In this document: in pieces, positions 27,403 through 37,234 of the stretch
Layout: each line of letters opens with the position of its first letter
Position numbering within the stretch: the first letter of the stretch is position 1
From: Acidimicrobiaceae bacterium
Lineage (GTDB): Bacteria > Actinomycetota > Acidimicrobiia > Acidimicrobiales > Acidimicrobiaceae
Assembly: GCA_013044385.1 (NCBI GenBank)
Contig: JABEUN010000068.1
Coordinates: forward strand, 7,466 to 71,465
Length of the DNA: 64,000 nt
Reading direction: 5' to 3'
The notes under the pieces: generated by a model
Database searches by the model: none
Told to the model about the DNA's origin: nothing
What the model saw: only the letters and a program-made list of their open reading frames with translations
Position numbers and translations under genes: made by a program

Positions 27403-29403
27403 TTGACCATTGGGCCCTCCGCTTCTCGATTCGGAGTCGATGTGACAAAGGTAGTCATCAAAGATGTCGGTGCAAGGGAGTTCGACCAGCCGGTCTCTGG
27501 CGTCGATGTTCTCAGGTCGATGCAAGAGCGACCGCAGTCTGTCTTGGCGATGGTGGTGGATGGCCAGCTCACCGACCTCTCCGCGAATATCGAGACTGGG
27601 TCTGAGGTCTCATTTGTCTCCTCGATGACCCCGGCGGGCCGTGAGGTGTTGCGGCATTCGACGGCGCATGTGATGGCCCAAGCAGTTCTTTTGATCTATC
27701 CCGGAGCGAAATTCGCAATCGGACCCTCCATCGAGGACGGCTTTTACTACGACTTCGACCTCCCTGACGGCCAGAGGTTCTCTGACGAGGACATGGAGAC
27801 CATCGAAGCGAAAATGCGAGAGATTATCGCTGCTAAACAACCGTTCATTCGGGAGGAGCTCTCCTATGAACAGGGGCTCGAGCTCTTTATGGATCAGCCG
27901 TACAAGTTGGAGATTATCCGTGGGGTAAGGCAGGGTTCCGTCGAGGATCTGGCCGAAGGTGCTGATGTTGGCGGTGTGTCGGTATATCGGAATACCGACA
28001 CCTTCGTCGATCTGTGTCGGGGCCCCCATGTGGGCCATACCGGCCAATTGGGGAACTTCAAGTTGCTGAGGGTGGCAGGTGCTTACTGGCGAGGTGACGA
28101 GAAGAGAGACCAACTTCAGAGGATTTACGGGACCGCATGGGAGTCGAAGGCTGCCCTTGCGGAGCATCTTCACAGACTCGAGGAGGCAGAGAAGCGCGAC
28201 CATCGAAGGCTTGGAGCCGAGCTGGACATGTTCCATTTTCCGCCCGAGATTGGAGGCGGACTTCCGGTTTTCCACCCGAAGGGTGCTCTGGTTCGTTACT
28301 TAATGGAGGAGACGTCAAGAAAAGCGCATTTGGCAGCCGACTATCAACTGGCATGGACGCCACATCTTGCCAAATCCACGCTGTTCGAGATCTCGGGACA
28401 CCTCCAGTGGTACAAGGATGGAATGTACCCGCCGATGGAGATGGAAGGTTCGACCTACTATCCGAAACCGATGAACTGCCCCATGCATATTCTCATCTAC
28501 AAGTCACAGATGAGGTCGTATAAGGAGCTCCCGTTACGTCTTTTCGAGTTCGGAACGGTCTATCGATTCGAGCGTTCTGGCGTACTGCACGGTCTTGCAC
28601 GGGTTAGGGGACTTACGCAGGATGATTCTCACATATTTTGCACACCTTCGCAGCTAGCGACAGAGTTGACCAGGCTTTTGACCTTCGTACTAACGCTGCT
28701 TCGAGCATTTGGCCTAGAGGATTTCGAAGCTGAGTTGGCCACTAGGCCGGATAAGTCCGTGGGCGATGATGACGAGTGGGAGGCTGCAACAGAGTCTCTT
28801 CGAGTGGCCCTTGAGGCCACGGGCCTTCCGTATGTGGTAGCAGAGGGTGAAGGTGCGTTTTATGCACCGAAGATTGATGTCCATCTACGAGACGCAATTG
28901 GCAGGCGCTGGCAGGTATCGACACTTCAGGTAGACCTTCAGTTGCCACAGCGCTTCGACATGTACTTTGTCGACCAAGACAACTCGCGCCCTAGGCCCTA
29001 TATGATCCATCGAGCGCTTTTCGGTTCCGTCGAGCGGTTTTTCGCTATCCTCATCGAGCACTATGCCGGAGCGTTGCCTACCTGGCTCTCTCCGACTCAA
29101 TTTGCCATCCTGCCAGTTAGAGCAGATCATGCGGCCTATGCAGATGAGGTTTCCGCCTCTCTTGCAGCCTGCGGAGCCCGAGTCAAGGTACTTGAAGCCT
29201 CGGAGCCTCTTGGTGGCCGCATTCGACGGGCCAAGATGGAAAAGGTCCCCTACGTACTGGTGGTTGGGGATGAGGATATTTCGGCACGCACTCTGGGAGT
29301 AAATAGGCGAGGATCAGACAAGCCGGATCGCTCGGTCGATCTTGATTCATTTGTTGAGTCGGTGCGAGCAGAGGTCAATCCGCCCGAGATATTGGTAGAG
29401 TAG
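27403..29403 (+). CDS. thrS: Threonine--tRNA ligase
   Basis: 666 aa with TGS, editing (HSTAHVMAQA), class II core (FRFERSGVLHGLARVRG) and anticodon-binding domains. The TTG start is uncertain. Confidence 0.92.
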   Translation: MTIGPSASRFGVDVTKVVIKDVGAREFDQPVSGVDVLRSMQERPQSVLAMVVDGQLTDLSANIETGSEVSFVSSMTPAGREVLRHSTAHVMAQAVLLIYPGAKFAIGPSIEDGFYYDFDLPDGQRFSDEDMETIEAKMREIIAAKQPFIREELSYEQGLELFMDQPYKLEIIRGVRQGSVEDLAEGADVGGVSVYRNTDTFVDLCRGPHVGHTGQLGNFKLLRVAGAYWRGDEKRDQLQRIYGTAWESKAALAEHLHRLEEAEKRDHRRLGAELDMFHFPPEIGGGLPVFHPKGALVRYLMEETSRKAHLAADYQLAWTPHLAKSTLFEISGHLQWYKDGMYPPMEMEGSTYYPKPMNCPMHILIYKSQMRSYKELPLRLFEFGTVYRFERSGVLHGLARVRGLTQDDSHIFCTPSQLATELTRLLTFVLTLLRAFGLEDFEAELATRPDKSVGDDDEWEAATESLRVALEATGLPYVVAEGEGAFYAPKIDVHLRDAIGRRWQVSTLQVDLQLPQRFDMYFVDQDNSRPRPYMIHRALFGSVERFFAILIEHYAGALPTWLSPTQFAILPVRADHAAYADEVSASLAACGARVKVLEASEPLGGRIRRAKMEKVPYVLVVGDEDISARTLGVNRRGSDKPDRSVDLDSFVESVRAEVNPPEILVE

Positions 29404-29410
29404 GGCCGTT

Positions 29411-29944
29411 GTGGATAGGATCTGGGCCGGTTGGCGTTCTGCTTACCTTTCAGGTGAACTGAACCTCCAGGACAAACCTCTTGGTTGCGTATTATGTACG
29501 ATCGCCGGTGCCTCATCTGAAACTGCGGACCAAGACTCACTGGCCGCAAGCGAACTTCTGATAGTCCACAGAGGTGCATCCAGTACAGTAGCACTGAACC
29601 TTTATCCATATACCTCCGGTCACCTTCTGGTCATACCACACCGCCATGTTTCCGAGCTCGATGCTCTGGTCGAATCTGAGCGAAGCGAGATGTTCGAACT
29701 GGCAAATGCAGCAACTATCGCTCTATCAAAGAGCCATAGAGCGCAAGGGTTCAATATCGGTATGAATCTGGGAGGCGCGGCAGGCGCCGCCATCAAGGAT
29801 CACATTCACATGCACGTAGTTCCACGTTTTGTGGGAGACGCTAATTTCATGACGACAACTGCTGACGCCAGAGTGCTCCCCGAAGCTCTGACCGAAACTT
29901 TGGAAAAGGTCAGGGGGGCGTGGAAATCCACCGGTTGCAGTTGA
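29411..29944 (+). CDS. HIT family protein (position of the mycobacterial Ap4A phosphorylase Rv2613c)
   Basis: 177 aa with the histidine triad HIHMHVVPR. It sits directly after thrS, as in mycobacteria. Confidence 0.8.
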   Translation: MDRIWAGWRSAYLSGELNLQDKPLGCVLCTIAGASSETADQDSLAASELLIVHRGASSTVALNLYPYTSGHLLVIPHRHVSELDALVESERSEMFELANAATIALSKSHRAQGFNIGMNLGGAAGAAIKDHIHMHVVPRFVGDANFMTTTADARVLPEALTETLEKVRGAWKSTGCS

Positions 29945-31960
29945 TCATCTAGGCTTCAGTTTTGCCACGATGTTCGGTGGGGCGACCTCGTAGTGAGAGA
30001 ATTCGATGTTGAACCTTCCCTGCCCGGAGGTGAGAGATCGCAGGTCGGTTGCATATCGTCGGATCTCGGATCTTGGTACTGTGGCTACCACGGTTGCCCG
30101 CTTGGTGTTTGGATCCACGTCAGTCGATGCCACCTTGGCTCTTTTCGAGTTTAGGTCGCCGAGAATATCGCCCTGGAATATGACTGGCGCCACGACGGTA
30201 AGGCGATCGATCGGCTCTAAAAGAATCGGCTGGGCAGAATTGAAAGCTTCATGGAATGCAAGTGATCCGGCCATCTTGAAGCTCATCTCGGAAGAATCTA
30301 CAGGATGGTACTTTCCGTCGGTCAGGTGGACTTCCAAGTCGACCACCGGAAATCCGAATCTGCCGCCAGCGTTCATGGCTTCAATGATGCCCTTCTCGAC
30401 GGCGGGAATGAAGTTTCTCGGAATCGTTCCGCCTACGATTTCGTCGTGGAACTTGAATCCATCTCCTCTGGCAAGTGGCGCCATTGAGATGTCTGCCACT
30501 CCGAACTGACCGTGTCCACCGGTCTGTTTTTTGTAGCGCCCCTCCGCTCGAGCTGGTGAGGCAATGGATTCCAGATATGGGATTTCTGGCTCCGAATGCG
30601 ACGCCTCCACCCCGAACTTCCTCGCAGCCCGCTCCAACGTGATGGAGATGTGAGTCTCTCCGTGTCCGGAAAGCACGGGTTTATGGCTGCGGGGATCCCG
30701 CTCTACCCTAAGAGTCGGATCCTCCTCTGCCAGTCGTAAAAGGGCCGCGTAGAGCTTGTCATCGTCTTTCTGATTGTGGGGAGTCACGGTTACTTGTAGC
30801 AGCGATGGTTCAAATTGAATCGGTGGGATACCGTCCTGTACCTGCCTGTTAGTCAGTTGGTCCGACGTGCGGGTCGACGTTAGCTTGGTTAGTGCCACCA
30901 GGTCCCCCGCACAGGCCGAATCCATTGGTAGATGCTCTTTACCCATCAAAGTGAAGATCTGACCTATTCGCTCGTCTGTTGAAGTTCTGGCGTTTGTCAG
31001 TGCCGAAGCAGGCTTCAAGGTTCCGGTGAGCACCTTCGCAAGTGACAGCTTCCCAAGAAATGGGTCGGCGTAGGTCTTCACCACTTGAAGAGTAACTGTT
31101 TGATCCTGACTCGCTGAATTTTCAGAGGGAGCGGGACCCATCTCGCAGATGAACTTAATGAGCCTGTCGACGCCCATGTCTTTAGAGGCTGCACCGCAGA
31201 CGGTTGGAAAGACGATGGCCTGATTCACGCCAAGGGCCATAGCCCTCTCGAGCTCTTCCGGCGATGGAATATCGCCTCCAAGGTAGCGTTCCATGAGGGC
31301 ATCATCGGCGACCACGATCCCCTCGACTAGCTGGTCATGGACCGAGTGCTCAAGATCGGATATCTCTTGTGGTATCTCCACTTCAGTAGCGGTCTGGGAC
31401 TCGGAGTACGCAAAGGCGCGGTCGGTCAATAGATCTACTACCCCTCTGAAGTCGGCCTCAGTTCCGATGGGTATCTCGAGAGGTGCTATTCCAGGGCCGA
31501 AGAGAGTCTTGAGTGTCTCGACTGTTTCGAAAAAGTTGGCCCGCTCTCTATCCAACTTGTTGACAAAGACCATTCGCGGGATTCCGCTCGCCTCAAGCAT
31601 TTCCCAGAGTCGCAGTGAGTCTGGACCGACGTTATCTGCGGCAGACACGACGAATACGCAAAGGTCTGCCGCAGCAAGGCCAGACTGTACTTCACCTATG
31701 AAGTCGGCGACCCCGGGCGTGTCAAGGACGTTGATCTTCATCCCCCCGTGTCCAAGGGACAGTAGAGATAGGGAAATCGAGTGCTTGTGCTTGACTTCCT
31801 CGGGTTCATAATCGGAGACCGTGCTACCGTCTTCGATTCGACCCATCCGTTTGATCGCGCCACTACAGTACGCAAGAGATTCGGCCAGGAGGGTCTTTCC
31901 GGCACCCGCCTGGCCGACTAAGGCCACGTTACGAATTGCCTCCGGGCTGACTTTGGCCAT
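29945..31960 (-). CDS. Elongation factor G-like GTPase (EF-G paralogue)
   Basis: GTPase motifs G1 GQAGAGKT, G3 DTPG and G4 NKLD, followed by EF-G domains II-V. I prefer ATG 31960, preceded by GGAGG, over the track start at 31993. Confidence 0.85.
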   Translation of the reverse strand: MAKVSPEAIRNVALVGQAGAGKTLLAESLAYCSGAIKRMGRIEDGSTVSDYEPEEVKHKHSISLSLLSLGHGGMKINVLDTPGVADFIGEVQSGLAAADLCVFVVSAADNVGPDSLRLWEMLEASGIPRMVFVNKLDRERANFFETVETLKTLFGPGIAPLEIPIGTEADFRGVVDLLTDRAFAYSESQTATEVEIPQEISDLEHSVHDQLVEGIVVADDALMERYLGGDIPSPEELERAMALGVNQAIVFPTVCGAASKDMGVDRLIKFICEMGPAPSENSASQDQTVTLQVVKTYADPFLGKLSLAKVLTGTLKPASALTNARTSTDERIGQIFTLMGKEHLPMDSACAGDLVALTKLTSTRTSDQLTNRQVQDGIPPIQFEPSLLQVTVTPHNQKDDDKLYAALLRLAEEDPTLRVERDPRSHKPVLSGHGETHISITLERAARKFGVEASHSEPEIPYLESIASPARAEGRYKKQTGGHGQFGVADISMAPLARGDGFKFHDEIVGGTIPRNFIPAVEKGIIEAMNAGGRFGFPVVDLEVHLTDGKYHPVDSSEMSFKMAGSLAFHEAFNSAQPILLEPIDRLTVVAPVIFQGDILGDLNSKRAKVASTDVDPNTKRATVVATVPRSEIRRYATDLRSLTSGQGRFNIEFSHYEVAPPNIVAKLKPR

Positions 31961-32224
31961 CTCCGAACCTCCTTGAAAGAGTTCTCGATTCAAGAATTCT
32001 GCATGAAGGTAACGTTACGCCAGTTTTTCGCTGTTGCCAACAATCACAGCATTGTCGATTTGATTAGTATTTGGGCGGGGCCGTGGGCTGCCATCTCTGT
32101 CACCTAGGCACCTTCGAAAGCCTCAGGATGGCTGTGCCGTGCTAGATTGGGTTGTTGATTTGTGGCTCTGATCCTGGTTCGATCGGGGCTGACTAGCTCT
32201 GGTGGGCTATTTAGGGAGTACTGA

Positions 32225-33025
32225 GTGTTCGACGGTCAATTTAGGAGCAGCGTCGACCGATGGACTACACCAATCGGCCGAGCTATTTCGTCAGTTGGGG
32301 TTACAGCAGATCTACTTACCCTTAGCGGACTCGTCTTCGGTCTCGCCACGGCTGTCGCCATAGCGTCTGGACATACGATGCTCGGTTTCGTCGGTGTACT
32401 AGCTACCGGGGTTCCCGACCTGTTGGATGGGCCGGTAGCAAAAGCATCGGGACTGGTATCCAAGCGGGGCGCTTTCTTCGATTCATTTGTTGATCGTGTC
32501 AATGATCTGCTGCTCTTCGGTGGTATTGGCCTACTGATGCACCGCAACGGCCATGATTTCCTGGCATTGGTTTCATTTGCAAGCTACGGTCTTGCGAGCC
32601 TCATCTCCTATCAGAGAGCAAAGGCAGAGTCGCTCGGTTTCGATGCCAAGGGCGGGATTATGGAGAGGGCGGAGCGAGTAATTGCAGTAGCCCTTGGTCT
32701 GCTTTTGTCTGCACTGCTTGGTCCGATCCTCGTCCTGATTTTCCTGTTGACGTTCGTAACGGTAGTTCAGAGATTTCTCAAGGTATGGGGACAGGGTTCA
32801 ACCGAAATGCCCGAGCGTGCGGTAACAAGTCGTACCGCATATCTTCAGCTGAGGCGGCAGGAGCAGAAGCGTCGGATTCAAGGACGTAGGTCTACCGGAA
32901 CGACCAGGCGAACATCGATTGGTCCTGTAACGGGTCGACCGATCAGGTCGGTAAGACGTCATGATCACCAGACTCGACAGAGGGCAGCGATCAGGATGAG
33001 ATCGTGGTGGGAGAACCAACGGTAG
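32225..33025 (+). CDS. pgsA: CDP-alcohol phosphatidyltransferase (phosphatidylinositol-phosphate synthase type)
   Basis: Motif DLLDGPVAKASGLVSKRGAFFDSFVDRVND (D-x2-DG-x2-AR...G-x3-D-x3-D class) in a polytopic membrane protein. It carries an unusual Arg-rich ~70-aa tail. Confidence 0.8.
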   Translation: MFDGQFRSSVDRWTTPIGRAISSVGVTADLLTLSGLVFGLATAVAIASGHTMLGFVGVLATGVPDLLDGPVAKASGLVSKRGAFFDSFVDRVNDLLLFGGIGLLMHRNGHDFLALVSFASYGLASLISYQRAKAESLGFDAKGGIMERAERVIAVALGLLLSALLGPILVLIFLLTFVTVVQRFLKVWGQGSTEMPERAVTSRTAYLQLRRQEQKRRIQGRRSTGTTRRTSIGPVTGRPIRSVRRHDHQTRQRAAIRMRSWWENQR

Positions 33026-33027
33026 AC

Positions 33028-33987
33028 ATGCGTACGCCGCGGACCCTCATGCGGGCGGTGGCAGGTGTTTCCGGTGGACTCAGCAGGGCTAGCAATATGC
33101 GGGAACTCTTTGCCCTTGCACCTTATGTATTCGGATCGGCGCTCGCAAGCCTCATACCACGAAAGCTTTACATCTACCCATCGGCAGTCGCTGGGGCAAT
33201 TGGATATATCACGAATTCGGATAGGCGCAACTCCGCACGTGCTGCTCAGGCCCTAGCAGGCGGTCCATCCGTTAGTCGATTCGAGATAGAACGTAGAACC
33301 TACGTGGCCTTCGTCTCGTATTTCCAGTACTGGATGGAGTCACTTGCGATTACGACCTTCGATCGCGAGGAACTCAAAGTTGGACTATCTGTCGAAGGAG
33401 AGGTGCCTCTCCTAGCACTTACGAAAAGCGGTGCAGGTGCCATTGTTGCGACGGCGCATCTTGGCAACTGGGATTGGGGTGGGAGCTGGGTTGGGTCATT
33501 TGTGCATCCGTTCTCAGCCGTTGTGGAGCCACTAAAGCCGGATGTGCTTGCGGACTGGTTTTTCGACCATAGGCGCGAGTTGGGCATCGAGCCCATACTG
33601 CTGGACGGATCTGTGGCCAAACAGGTGATCGCCGGAGTACGTGCTGGTCGGATTGTCGCCCTGGTAAGTGATCGCGACTTATCGGGGACAGGAGTAGAGG
33701 TGCAGTTCTTCGGGAGGACCGTGAAGATGCCGTCAGGTGCTGCGGTGCTGGCACTACGGACCAAGACACCCATATTTCCCGGCATTGTCTACATGTCGCG
33801 AAGAGGTGAGCACCTCATAAAATTCCTTGACCCTATCTACCCCGGCGATGCCATCGGAGGGGACCTATCCGAAAAGGTCGCCTGGTTGACCCAAGCGGTT
33901 AGCTCGGCGCTGGAGAGTCTTATTCGGGTGGCACCGACACAATGGCACGTCATGCAGCCACTTCCAGTCCTACCGGTGAACCGATAA
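33028..33987 (+). CDS. patA: Phosphatidylinositol mannoside acyltransferase (LpxL/HtrB family)
   Basis: Lauroyl/myristoyl acyltransferase-like sequence (ATAHLGNWDWGG, VALVSDRD) between pgsA and pimA, as for Rv2611c. ATG 33028 directly follows the pgsA stop. The ORF is open from GTG 33004. Confidence 0.75.
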   Translation: MRTPRTLMRAVAGVSGGLSRASNMRELFALAPYVFGSALASLIPRKLYIYPSAVAGAIGYITNSDRRNSARAAQALAGGPSVSRFEIERRTYVAFVSYFQYWMESLAITTFDREELKVGLSVEGEVPLLALTKSGAGAIVATAHLGNWDWGGSWVGSFVHPFSAVVEPLKPDVLADWFFDHRRELGIEPILLDGSVAKQVIAGVRAGRIVALVSDRDLSGTGVEVQFFGRTVKMPSGAAVLALRTKTPIFPGIVYMSRRGEHLIKFLDPIYPGDAIGGDLSEKVAWLTQAVSSALESLIRVAPTQWHVMQPLPVLPVNR

Positions 33988-34088
33988 GTGTTATGTCGGA
34001 GTATGTTGCAGTCAATGTCAACCAACTTTGATAAAGCGAGATGTCGGCCAAGTTGGTGTCAGATTGGAGAAACTAGGGTGAGGTTGCG

Positions 34089-35168
34089 GTGAGGATCGCT
34101 CAGATTTCTCCCTACTCGATGAGCGTGCCAGGCGGAGTGCAAGGGCAAGCCGCAGGATTAGCTCATGCCATGCGTTCAAAGGGTCACGAAGTGGACCTTA
34201 TCGCACCATCAGATGGGGTAACTTCGTCTGAATTCTTCGTCGATCTAGGACATAGCGTGAATATGGCAGCTAATGGCTCCAAGGCGCCGGTGTCACTGTC
34301 TCTCTTACTGCCGTTCCGACTCCGCCGCATTCTGGGTTCTGCAGGGTATGACATTATCCACATTCACGAGCCGCTCGCACCATTCGTTGGAGTCCTATCA
34401 CTTCTTAGTCAGAGAGGCGTTGTGGTAGGAACCTTTCATCGTGCTGGAGTTTCGCCGACCTACAGTCTGTACGGCAGAGTAATCAAGAGGCTCGCCAAAA
34501 GACTCTCTTTCAGGTATGCAGTTTCCGCAGAAGCAGCAGCCACAGCAAGTCAGGTGCTGGGTGGAGATTATGAAGTTGTGGGAAATGGAGTTGAACTCGG
34601 TCGGATCCGAGGTGCCAAGCCTTGGCCAAAGAGAAAGTTCACCGTGATGTTCATAGGTCGTCATGAGCATCGAAAGGGTCTCTCGGTCCTACTGTCTGCG
34701 CTAGCGTCGGTCAAATTAGATCTAGATGTGTGGGTAGCGGGGGATGGTCCAGAAACACTCGACCTCCGGGCAAAGGTGATAGACGACCAGAGAGTTCACT
34801 GGCTTGGTCGTGTTTCCGATGCTGAAGCTGCGGCTCGACTTCGGGCTGCAGACGTTGTCTGTGCGCCATCGCTATATGGCGAGAGCTTCGGAGTGGTTCT
34901 GTTGGAGGCTATGGCGGCTGGGGCTGCAGTGGTAGCTACCGACATACCGGGTTACAGGGGAGTAGCTAGAGATGGAGTCGAGGCGATACTCTGCAGATCG
35001 GGAGATGACGCAGGGCTTGCCAAGGCAATTATGTGTTTGATCGAAGATCCAGAACTTCTTATGAGACTTCAGGAGGCTGGAAAGCTAAGGGCAGAGGAGT
35101 TTTCCATGGATCGAATTGCAGACATATACATAGATCGATACCAGCGGCTGCTCTCTGGGAACCGATGA
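34089..35168 (+). CDS. pimA: GDP-mannose-dependent phosphatidylinositol alpha-mannosyltransferase (GT4)
   Basis: 359 aa: MRIAQISPYSMSVPGGVQGQ..., a GT4 C-terminal EX7E region (ESFGVVLLEAMAAG), and the conserved position after patA. Confidence 0.82.
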   Translation: MRIAQISPYSMSVPGGVQGQAAGLAHAMRSKGHEVDLIAPSDGVTSSEFFVDLGHSVNMAANGSKAPVSLSLLLPFRLRRILGSAGYDIIHIHEPLAPFVGVLSLLSQRGVVVGTFHRAGVSPTYSLYGRVIKRLAKRLSFRYAVSAEAAATASQVLGGDYEVVGNGVELGRIRGAKPWPKRKFTVMFIGRHEHRKGLSVLLSALASVKLDLDVWVAGDGPETLDLRAKVIDDQRVHWLGRVSDAEAAARLRAADVVCAPSLYGESFGVVLLEAMAAGAAVVATDIPGYRGVARDGVEAILCRSGDDAGLAKAIMCLIEDPELLMRLQEAGKLRAEEFSMDRIADIYIDRYQRLLSGNR

Positions 35169-35191
35169 CTAGGTAGGGCTTAGAGGTCTTT

Positions 35192-36013
35192 ATGCTTTTG
35201 AAAGTGTTGGATAATCTAGACAAAGGTGCAATCTGGGCGGGTCAGCCTCTCCTTGAACCTTCTGAGAGACGGCTAGAAGCTCTGACTGGTTACGGCGTTC
35301 TGGCTGGGGTGATAGCCATTCCGACATTTGTTGGTGTCGCCATCGTGTCCTTAGCAGTCGGATCTGGAGGCGCTTTCCTTAGGGCTGTTCCGATCGCGTT
35401 AGCGATAGCAATCGTGCTTTCGTTTATTGCCTATCTCACTTCGCCTCGACTCGATATGGGTGGATTTGAGCTGGTTGAGCCCGATGCCTACTTCGTAAGT
35501 CGACTAGAGGGTCTTTTAGAAGGCTTGGGTGCGGTAGTTGGCGTTGAAGACGTTGGCTTTGCGATGGTTGACTTTGCCGGAGTCAATGTCGGATCCTTCT
35601 ATAAGGGAAGGAACAGGCCGGTTATCGTCTTTACCCGAGGCGCACAAGACGTCTTCTCCAGGGTAGAACTTGAGGCGGTTGTTGCTCGTGAATTGGCAAG
35701 AATTAAGGCCGGTGCGGCGCTCTTCGATGCAAGATTGGCCCTTCTCAGACGGATTGTGATGTCTGTATCGGGCGGTGCTCTGCCAAAGAGTCTCTCGGTG
35801 CACGCGGCCGAGAGGGTGGGGATTGCCGATGTGACCGGTGTGAGCGTGACTCGGTATCCGCCAGCTTTGGCTCAGGTTTTGGAGAGATTCGGAACTCTTG
35901 CTACTGGAGAGATGGTGCCAAGGTACATGCGCTATTCTGCGTCAGCGTGGCTCTTTCCCGCACTCGGTGGAGCGAGCTTGCAGGCGCGGATCCAAGAGTT
36001 ACGTACCCTGTAG
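35192..36013 (+). CDS. Membrane protein with a degenerate M48/HtpX-like peptidase core
   Basis: 273 aa with two N-terminal TM segments. The region VIVFTRGAQDVFSRVELEAVVARELARIKAG aligns by eye with the M48 block ...ELEAVLAHELGHI..., but HExxH is replaced by RELAR. A later ERVGIADVTG...PPALAQVLERF resembles the M48 E..AD...P.AL block. Confidence 0.5.
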   Translation: MLLKVLDNLDKGAIWAGQPLLEPSERRLEALTGYGVLAGVIAIPTFVGVAIVSLAVGSGGAFLRAVPIALAIAIVLSFIAYLTSPRLDMGGFELVEPDAYFVSRLEGLLEGLGAVVGVEDVGFAMVDFAGVNVGSFYKGRNRPVIVFTRGAQDVFSRVELEAVVARELARIKAGAALFDARLALLRRIVMSVSGGALPKSLSVHAAERVGIADVTGVSVTRYPPALAQVLERFGTLATGEMVPRYMRYSASAWLFPALGGASLQARIQELRTL

Positions 36014-36058
36014 AAAACGGTCGGACCAGCACTAGGAGTTGAGTCTGCTGGCAGAAAG

Positions 36059-37111
36059 TTGGGCTTCGATTTGAGATTGAGATTGTTGTTGGCGAGTTCG
36101 GCGGCCCTTTCTGCGTTGCTTGCGGCCTGCGGAACAACTAGCGCACCTTCGACGTCGCAGACCACGGTCAAGGTAACGACCACGACGCGTGCCCCAGTGG
36201 TCTCTAGCTATGTGTATCCGTATACCGGACTTCCAGCACCGAATGCAGCGGCGGCGCAACTTCCCTCCCTTGAAGTGAAGATCGACAACTCGGCCCCTGC
36301 GTGGCCTCAATCAGGTCTTAGTGAATCTGATGTCATCTACGAGGAGATGGTCGAGGGTGGCCTGACTAGGTATTTCGTCGTATTCCAGAGCCACAACGCA
36401 ACCACGGTGGGCCCAGTGAGGTCAGTACGTGCGTCAGATGCAGATCTCCTGGCTACGTTGGGCGGCTTGTTTGCCTATTCGGGTGGAATTCCGGCCTTCG
36501 TAGCAGATGCGAGAGCCACTGGCATCGTCGACGTTGGAGCGAATTCTGCTGCTGGAGCCGACTACTACCGGCTGGCTAGCAGGCCGGAACCGCACAACCT
36601 CTACACCTCGACGGTCAGCCTCCGGGCATCTGCGGCGGGCTTGGGTAGTACACCACCGGTGCTATTCAAATGGCGTAAGCTTGGATCACCTTTTCGGGCC
36701 GCCGGTGCAGTGCCAGTTTCAAACGTACAGGTTGAATTTTCGGGCGCCACGTACGCACAGTGGGCGTGGAACCCTGCTCTTGGTGAGTGGGATAGAACCA
36801 CCAATGGAGTTGCACAATTCGATGCTTCTGGTAAAGCCGTCTCCGCCCAGAACGTGATTATCGAGTTCATGCCGTACGTGAATACCGGTTTTGTCGATCC
36901 TGCTGGCAATCCGGTGCCGAAGGCAGAATCGGTTGGATCTGGGAATGCGATCTTTTTGTCTGGTGGCAAGGAGGCCGTTGGTACCTGGTCCAAGCCGCAG
37001 GCAAATTCCGTTCCGGTCTACCGTGATTCGAACGGCTCTCAGGTGAGGTTGGAGCCGGGACGCACCTTTGTTGAGATGGTAGAGACGGGATCGCCGGTCA
37101 CTTCAAAGTGA
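36059..37111 (+). CDS. DUF3048 (YerB-like) lipoprotein
   Basis: Signal peptide with lipobox LLAAC. PQSGLSESDVIYEEMVEGGLTRYFVVFQS is typical of DUF3048. Confidence 0.7.
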   Translation: MGFDLRLRLLLASSAALSALLAACGTTSAPSTSQTTVKVTTTTRAPVVSSYVYPYTGLPAPNAAAAQLPSLEVKIDNSAPAWPQSGLSESDVIYEEMVEGGLTRYFVVFQSHNATTVGPVRSVRASDADLLATLGGLFAYSGGIPAFVADARATGIVDVGANSAAGADYYRLASRPEPHNLYTSTVSLRASAAGLGSTPPVLFKWRKLGSPFRAAGAVPVSNVQVEFSGATYAQWAWNPALGEWDRTTNGVAQFDASGKAVSAQNVIIEFMPYVNTGFVDPAGNPVPKAESVGSGNAIFLSGGKEAVGTWSKPQANSVPVYRDSNGSQVRLEPGRTFVEMVETGSPVTSK

Positions 37112-37234
37112 CCAACTTACCTTCGAGTTCACGGCCGTAAAAGCCGATGGGTTGCTCTTTTCGAATGCTGCTGTTTCGAGCCTGAGTTTGTTGACAGCGG
37201 CTCTAGCTAGAATTGTTGCAGAGACTTAGAAGGG

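Noticed and set aside
37191-37213. TTGACA (37191-37196) and TAGAAT (37208-37213) as a sigma-70-type promoter for pdxS.
   Set aside because: The spacer is only 11 nt, far from the 16-18 nt optimum, so the pair cannot function together as written.
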